Below, in pieces: positions 36,241 through 43,827 of a stretch of 43,827 nt of DNA; the first letter of the stretch is position 1, and each line of letters starts with the position of its first letter. The notes beneath the pieces are model-generated. The model was given only the letters and a program-made list of their open reading frames with translations, made no database searches and was not told the origin of the DNA. The position numbers and the translations under genes are program-made. This DNA comes from Octopus bimaculoides. Lineage: Eukaryota. The stretch is from assembly GCF_001194135.2 (NCBI RefSeq), contig NC_068989.1, positions 81,244,541-81,288,367 of the forward strand, given 5' to 3'.

Positions 36241-36924
36241 AAGCCAAGATGGCTTGAGATTAGTTTACATCTTATAATGTTGTTTATGTGTTGGTTTATA
36301 TGAATTTGACTGAAGAAAAACCCTTTTCCTTTATCACCCTCCCTAAGTAAGTAATAATGATTAGTAGTAGTTTCAAGAAGAAAACAGAATTTCATTCACA
36401 TTCTAAAACCCAGAACTGAAGTAGAACAATTTAAATCTTCAGTCTCATGTTCCCCTAACAATGCTATTGTAACTCACTTTGAATGGCCTTATTTGTAGAA
36501 ATATATTTACTGTCATTAAAACGAGAATATTTGACTAAACTGTACTGAACAAGTAATGTTATTTAATGATTAGAGAAAAATACATCACAAATTAAAAAGT
36601 AGTTCAGAATATTTTTATACAATTTTATGCATTACTTTTACATGTTTCCTTAATACTGAGTACTTTTATCTTCAGACATGTCAGGGTTTGTTAAACATGT
36701 TCAACACTTCAGTTGTTGCTCAGCCTACTGAAAATTGCAGTGAAAACTCTTAGAAATCATAGTCTTAAATAAAGGCAGTTGTGAACTAATTAGTTTTTGA
36801 TGTATAAATGATGGTATTGTTATGCCTAGAATACCTTTTATCATTGTATTTTTGAGTACAACAGACCTGAGACTACACGACAACATTAAAGATTAGTTTG
36901 AGCCAATATGGGAAGGCTTCTGCT

Positions 36925-37120
36925 AACCAAGTTCTTGCAAGTGGATATGATGGTTGAGAGCTGAAAAAAGCCCATTATATATGTGTCCTTGACCCGACAT
37001 TACATGGTGATTGTAAATGAAGGTTGGTGATAGGACGAAAATCCAGCTGTACAAAATCTGCCTCAACAAATTCCATCTGATCCATGCAAGCATGGAAAAG
37101 TGGATGATAAAATGATTATG
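36925..37120 (+). mobile_element. Short element with RTE-related 3' tail
   Basis: Ends CCATGCAAGCATGGAAAAGTGGATGATAAAATGATTATGATG. Confidence 0.55.
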
Positions 37121-37159
37121 ATGTATGTATGTATGTATGTATGCATGCATGCATTTAAG

Positions 37160-38810
37160 ATCATTATCATGGTTAAGATTTGTCCTCTCCCATATAACAT
37201 CACACCACGTGTTCCTTTTCATCTCCTTTGAGACATGGAACATACCGAGATCTGCTTTCACCACCTCTACCCATGTCTTTCTTTCCCATTGTTTTCTTTC
37301 ACATTGATGTTCAAGCACTTTATCACTCATCTGTTATCATCCATATGCATTACATGTCCATATCAGTGCAGTTATCTCTTTTGTACATTACCTTTGATTC
37401 CTTGTATAACTAGTTTTTCTATCAGCTCATCTGTGTTTCATCACTCATGCATACTAACATTACACATTCAGTGGAGTCTGCTTGCATTATTTCTTTTCAG
37501 TCTTTGCACACCTTTTGCACTTTGTGCTCACATCTCACTGCCATGTAGCATCACAGTTTGTTTATAAGCATTGTATAATCTACTCTTTACTTGATAGCAG
37601 AGGTAATAACTTGCTGAACTTTTTACACCTGATTCGCATTCTGACCTCTATGCTTTTTGAGTGTCCACTTTTGTTGCTGATCAGCTATCAGCTACTTCTA
37701 TAGAGCTTTCCAAACATTGGAAGGAATTTATGTCACTGCCCACTCACCTTGTCTCTCTCAAAGTTGAAGATATGTCCTGACACGTTTTCACCACCAAATT
37801 TTTCTCTCTCTCTTTTTCCAACTGGGATAGTCATGTCTCTTCTCTACAACAAGACACCTGTTTTGGTCTCTCTGTCATACTTTAACCTTTTATCACTTGA
37901 CACAAAGCCACCTCCCTCAATACTACTCCCCATCTCAGTTGAGGGGTCTTTGTCTTGGAAGGTATGTGGTGACCTTGCTGATGCTAGTACCATGTAAAAA
38001 GCACTCAGTACATTCTGTAAAGTGGCTGGTGTTAGAACAGGCATCCAGCTGTAGAAACCATGCCAAAGCAGACAGTAGAGCATGGCACAGTCCTCTGGCT
38101 CACCAGCTCCTATTGAACTATCCTACCCATGCTAGCATGGAAAGCAGATATTAAATAGTAATGATGACTGCTAACTGCCACATACAAAGTCTTTATTCAC
38201 TATCAACCTGCCTTTGATTCCGTCAAACATCTTGGGCATCTCTAGCTTTGAGTACACTTTATGGAATATATACATACATTTTGTCTACACAGCCATTTCC
38301 TGATGGCAGCTGAGTCTTGTCTTCATTTCTACTGACTGAGTCTTTAGTCTTTGCTAAGTCTACTTTGAATCCTCTCAACTCTGTTTTGTTTCCATAACTG
38401 GGATTTTTTTCTACATCCTCCAGTTTCCACTACCAGTACTAGGTCATCAACATATAAAGAGTTTCCACTGACTGCCAGTCTTAAACTCCTCTGTAATAGC
38501 TTAGACAACTATAATAAATAGGAGGGGCTCAGGATTGAATCTTGATGTACACCAATGTGCTACATGCTAAATTCCTGGGGGGAACTTATTGCCAACTCTC
38601 ACTTTACTGATTGCATCTCTGTTCATGGCTTGTACTGCTCTCACAAGCCAGTCATGTACTCCTAGTTTTATTTCAGACCACAAAACTACCTGTCAAAGGT
38701 CTTCTCCAGCTCATCAATTGCTAAGTAGAGAGGCTTAATCTTAGCTAACATCTTCTCTTGCAATTATTGCACAAGGAAGACAGTATCAGTTCCTCTTAGG
38801 TGATCTTTAT
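37160..38810 (-). mobile_element. Decayed RTE LINE (RT core 38175-38810, C-terminus 37160-37790), interrupted by a plus-strand insert
   Basis: YLAIDELEKTFD, KLGVHDWLVRAVQAM, PLLFIIVV*AITEEFKTG (RT); KFSKLLPLLSSK and RKTWVEVVKADL (C-terminus). Confidence 0.8.
37920..38168 (+). mobile_element. RTE 3' tail copy nested in the minus-strand RTE
   Basis: GTGGCTGGTGTTAGAACAGGCATCCAGCTGTAGAAAC...CCATGCTAGCATGGAAAG...ATGATGA. Confidence 0.75.
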
Positions 38811-39629
38811 CTATGGAACTCTAGCTACTCAAACACCTCATTCTCTGATTTCTTCAAACTCAAATGTCAACAATATCTCTCAGAATTTGATGTAGACTTT
38901 TTGCTTGTAGAAAAGTTGTAAAAGCCACTGGTGTAATCTGACTATATATTTTTTCAAATATCATTCAAAGCTGAGAGTTTCACTTCATCTTATGACTCAG
39001 CCATGCTATTGTCAGCAACCATTATGCTGAACCTCTTCCAGAAGTGGTGGTGGAGGTTGATATATATTTAATGGGGTATTCATATATAAACAGTTCCCTA
39101 TAAGAACAAATTGAATAAAGAAAGGTTTTTCTGAAGAACATTAAACTTACAAGACAAACTGAAATTTGATCAACAAACCTCAAGCAGACATATGCATGTA
39201 TAAGTGACTGGGAGTCCATTTATTTATTGAGCGGAAATTTGAGCAACAAACCAGGAGTACATTATGCATGCATATCAATACTAAGAGGTGATATACAAAC
39301 AGTATGCTAAGCTAACAAATTGTATAGCAAACAGGTTTTCTGAAGAAAATCATTTTCAGCTAACAAGCTGAAATTTGAACACCAATCTATGACTAGACCA
39401 CCCACTCATATAATTGGCCAGGAGAGTCTGTATTAATGGGTCATTAAATTCCATGTATGTATTTCATGTAGCTTGCAAATTTTCATATTTTATATAGAAA
39501 ACAATAATATTTTTCATACTTTTGCTAAAAATAGATTGACAGAACCAAGACAAAAGGAAAAATGTGCACACACACACACACACACATATGTATTTCTTTA
39601 TTTATTATTGATAGATGGACAAATGAAAC

Positions 39630-40218
39630 ATAATTTCATGCTTTTATGTGGCATTTGGGTGGAGGGAACCTGTGGAAAAGGTAGATCCGGAAAGATATGG
39701 GATGAGGTGTTGAAGCACTACCTTTGAATGTTGGGCCTCACAGAGGCAATGACAAGTGACTGAGACCTTTGGAGATATGCCGTGCTTGAAAAGACCTGGC
39801 AAGCCAAGTGAGATGATAGTCATGGCTGATGCCAGTGTCACATAACTGGCCTGTTTAAAAGCACCCGTCAATTGTTGGGCAATATGCCATACTTGTGAAG
39901 ACCTGTTGAACTCAGTGAAATCGTAGTCGTGGCTGATGCCTGTGCTGCCTGACTAGCACCCATACTGGTGACATGTAAAAAGCACCATTTGAGCGTGGCT
40001 GATACCAGTGCTGCCTGAGTGGCACCCGTGCCAGTGACATGTAGAAGCACCCACTTGCATTCTAGAGTGGTTGGCGTTAGAAAGGGCATCCAGTTGTAGA
40101 AACCTCGCCAAATCAGATTGGAGCCTGGTGCAGCTTCCTGGCTTGCCAGTTCTCAGTCAAACCATCCAACTCATGCCAGTATGGAAAGTGGATGTTAAAC
40201 GACGCTGATGATGATGAT
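39630..40218 (+). mobile_element. RTE LINE 3' end with tandem 3' UTR units
   Basis: VEGTCGKGRSGKIWDEVLKHYL, repeat units at about 39900-40060, (GAT)n tail. Confidence 0.82.
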
Positions 40219-40220
40219 AT

Positions 40221-40560
40221 ATAGGTGCAGGCATGGCTGTATGTTTAAGAAGCTTGCTCCCAACCATGTGATCTCAGGTTCAGTCCCACTTGGCAAGTGT
40301 CTTCTACTTTAGCCCCAGATAAACCAAAGCCTTGTGAGTAGATTTGATAGATGTAAACAGAAAGATATCCATCGTGTGTGTATATATATATATGTGTGTG
40401 TGTATGTGTTTTTATGTATCCTTGTGTTGGCATCATTTGATGGTTGTCAACTAGCATCACCATACAAATGATACTGTTCATTTCCAGTCATCTATGAAAG
40501 ATACATATGATTGTAAGAAAATATTACCTTGCTTGGAAACGGATGAGCATTTAAATAATG
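40221..40560 (+). mobile_element. SINE family A-related copy directly after the RTE tail
   Basis: ATAGGTGCAGGCATGGCTGT, GGTTCAGTCCCAC, TTGGCAAGTGTCTTC, CCAAAGCCTTGTGAG, internal (TA/TG)n. Confidence 0.65.
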
Positions 40561-40759
40561 TTGCGTAATATGCACCAGAGGCTGCATAGGCTGGGCATCC
40601 ATTCCTTCTTCTATCTTCATTTCAAGAATCTCCACAAAACATGCGAGAATGTTATCACAATGCAATGGCCATAGTATGTCAACATGGAACACCTTATATT
40701 TTCATTACAGTGACATGTAATCTAAACTAGCCTGAAATTAGGGATAAGTTATTTCATAG

Positions 40760-41680
40760 GCAGAATCCCTCAGCTAGACCAGATCTAGTAGCAAGGTGTT
40801 TCACACCGATACTAAAGCAACTTTTAGATGGTGACACAAAGTGGTACATTTTCAGTAGACTTGTAGTTCATTTGTACATCATTGAGTTTCAGAAAAGAGA
40901 GTTGCTACCTGTCCATTCTTAATAACATTACATCAAGATGATAAGTTCAAAGACTTCTTGCAAATAGATGAAGTTGTTTGTGCTAAAATTCCTGACATAG
41001 AAACAGTCTTTGCTTCATGTTATAGAAAAATGCATGTGGTGAAGAAAACCTGAGAGCTTGTTATATGGAAAATGAACACTGTCAAATGAAGTTACTGAAA
41101 GAAGTTCTTCAAAAAACAAAGATACATTTCTTTTATTAGCCACACAGGGCTCAACGAAGATGGGACAAATACAATGTAGAGCTTTTCTTTTTGGGAGGGG
41201 GAAGGAAAAAAAAAAGATAAATAACTATTGTTATCCATGTTGCAGGTGACATCAAGGTACAACAGTGCAAGTTAATAATGGTGCAGCTGATAATAGCTAT
41301 GTAGTTCCCTGTGTCAAGTACTTATGTCGTAAATTCAGTACTCATGTAAATATGGAAATATACATGAAAAGTGAAGATGTACATGTTTTTGCAACAGCAA
41401 AGACCTGTCTTTTTCAGAAAAGGTAATGAAAACGAAGCATTGGAAAGAACTGACATCCTTTGTTGGTAATATCCCTGCATGATCTATACATTCATGGAAA
41501 GATACTAAGTTGAAATAGGAAAAGAGAGGAGGCGTTTGTCCTTAAGAGGAGTATGTCACTAAGTGATACAAATGTTCCTTTTGTGCTGAACAGTTGACAA
41601 TTTCTCATAATATCTGCATTTACCATGGCCATTAGCAAGTCAGAAGAACAGTCATTTAATCAAGTTGTTTTTTACATTAT
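40760..41680 (+). mobile_element. Highly decayed Helitron (Rep and helicase relics)
   Basis: RPDLVARCF, YIIEFQKRELLPVH (EFQKRGLPHAH-like), IDEVVCAKIPD, DNSYVVPC..L..KF.THVNME, FTMAISKSEEQSFNQV. Confidence 0.75.
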
Positions 41681-43125
41681 CTAGTTATGGGCAGCTTTAT
41701 GTTGTTTTTAGCACAAGAAATTGGAACAATCTTAATTACTCATAAATAACGATGGGAAATCTTTATGGAAATCACAAATGTTTTGAAAATAAAAGTGTAA
41801 GATTTTTGCAAATGCAGTATTATCATTTTAAATTAAATTTTTATAATTATCATAAAACCGTTGAGTGAAACAGTAAAAAATGTTATCAGTAGAAAAGCTG
41901 TCACAGTTGATAGCACAAGGGGCAATATACTTTTGTGTATTGTTATGGTTATTTTTGGCAGTCAGATGATGCTGGCTCATTTAAGAATTATTGAAACTAT
42001 GAGTTGTATGTACAAAGTCTTTAGATAAGAAATTAATCAATAGTTCCTCCCATTGTTTTGATGTGCCATTTTCTATCATTAATGAAACCATTGGTATTTT
42101 TGACAACACAGGTATGCTAGTATGAAATTTAATTGTAAATGTATCAAATAATTCAAAAGTTGGAGATGAGAAAGTGCTTCTTGCTTTCTTAATTCTTTTA
42201 CAGTCATTTATGAAAAATAACAGATCTAGGTTTTTAGGAAATGCTAATAAAAATATAAATACTCAATCACGCAATTTTTTCTAATTAAATATTTTTTATA
42301 AAGATTTTCATCATCATTTTGTATGCTAAAAAAAAATTAGAATTTTAATTAATACTTGACATAATCACTTTAAACTCTAACAGCAGCACTTATTTATTTT
42401 CTACCTGAGGCTCATTTTCTTCATTTATTTCTTTAAATACCATTTTTTAATATATATTCTTTTAACTTTATGTACAAAGTGTGCTTAAACACTTGCTTAT
42501 TCTAACCCTTTAACACTCAGGTTACTGTCTAATGCAAAGCTTATTTATTCATATTGTTTTGAATTAATTTCCATAGCTTCAAAATTTTGATGATGTGATT
42601 GCTTAATCTTGGAATTACATAGCAGGATAGATGTGAGAGGCCTGATCTGGCCACTTTGAACATAAAACAAAATACTTAGTCTTAATTATTTATATGGTTG
42701 ACCTCTTTAATGTTAAAATAATTACTTACTTCCTGCCAGTTCATAGCGTTTTTCTTGTTTAGTGAGTAAGATTGCTAGAAACCTAGCAGGACAAAACACA
42801 ATACTTGTCAAAAGGATGGATGAATCCAACATGGGTCCAAAAACTGTAGTAATTGTGCAAGGACACAGAATAATAATTTAGCAGTTAAAGCAATGAAAAA
42901 TGGAAAGTGACATTTTGAAAATCAATCATATTTTTTACTTAATTCAGAGACTTTTAAAAAATTGCTTTAATTTTTTGTGGTTTAAATTGCTTAACTTCAT
43001 AAGTAATAATTTTTTTTTTTGATGTTTCTGTTCTCTTTTAGGAAGACAAAGACAAAATTGAGAGTTTGGATAAGTTAAAGATTCTTTGTTTGGTTCATGC
43101 AGGCAGTTATTTCATGTTGAACCAT

Positions 43126-43429
43126 CCAACCCAGATCAGATTGGAGCCTGGTGCAGCCGCTGGCTCTCCAGGCCTTAGTCAAACCGTCCAACCCATGCCA
43201 GCATGGAAAGCGGTTGTTAAACGATGATGATGATATATGTATCATCATCATCAACATTTAATGTCAATTTTCCATGCTAGCATGGGTTGGATGGCTTGAC
43301 AGGAACTGGCAAGGCCAGGGGCTGCACCAAGTTCCACAGTCTGATTTGGCTTGGTTTCTACAGCTGGATGCCCATCATGACACCAACCATTTTACGGAGT
43401 GTAGTGGGTGCTTTTTATTTGGCACCAGC
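43126..43429. mobile_element. Tail-to-tail pair of RTE 3' ends (plus 43126-43233, minus 43242-43429)
   Basis: ...GTTAAACGATGATGATGA TATATGTA TCATCATCATCAACATTTAATG...CCATGCTAGCATGGGTTGG. Confidence 0.85.
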
Positions 43430-43439
43430 NNNNNNNNNN

Positions 43440-43827
43440 AGGACAAAACACAATACTTGTCAAAAGGATGGATGAATCCAACATGGGTCCAAAAACTGTA
43501 GTAATTGTGCAAGGACACAGAATAATAATTTAGCAGTTAAAGCAATGAAAAATGGAAAGTGACATTTTGAAAATCAATCATATTTTTTACTTAATTCAGA
43601 GACTTTTAAAAAATTGCTTTAATTTTTTGTGGTTTAAATTGCTTAACTTCATAAGTAATAATTTTTTTTTTTTGATGTTTCTGTGCTCTTTTAGGAAGAC
43701 AAAGACAAAATTGACAGTTTGGATAAGTTAAAGATTCTTTGGTTCATGCAGGCAATTATTTCATGTTGAATCATCCAACCCATGCTAGCATGGAAAGCGG
43801 ACGTTAAACGATGATGATGATGATGAT
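43440..43827 (+). repeat. Near-identical duplicate of 42790-43133 after a 10-N gap, ending in an RTE tail
   Basis: About 340 bp with a few substitutions and small indels relative to the first copy. Confidence 0.9.

Noticed and set aside
43041-43080. Acceptor TTCTCTTTTAG|GAAGACAAAGAC as the Bcl-2 terminal exon
   Set aside because: Translation EDKDKIESLDKLKILCL does not resemble the expected D/E-x-F-V-E-F start or a TM anchor, and the block is duplicated next to a gap.

Overview
AT-rich animal genomic DNA with 7 N-gaps (about 1777-1952, 4802-5400, 10077-10086, 10759-10985, 20088-20097, 27121-27748, 43430-43439). The repeat families look like octopus/cephalopod ones (my recognition, not a database result). 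Two protein-coding genes are well supported: an intronless Mediator subunit 29 (MED29/intersex) ORF on the minus strand (2609-3088), and the main coding exon (BH4-BH3-BH1-BH2) of an anti-apoptotic Bcl-2/Bcl-xL-like gene on the plus strand (26326-26778), whose last exon I could not find in the window. The rest is mostly decayed transposons: RTE LINE pieces and 3' tails, L1/Tx1 remnants, several tRNA-derived SINE families, Helitron remnants, two Tc1/mariner remnants, MITEs and microsatellites. Most ORFs in the supplied track are spurious. Best leads: MED29 bracketed by a 193-bp direct repeat; a Bcl-x-beta-like intron read-through with a hydrophobic tail; and a CpG-depleted block (about 11.3-22.9 kb) with exon-like islands, suggesting an unannotated transcription unit. 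I found no clearly new biological system; the leads are hypotheses. TE boundaries are approximate.
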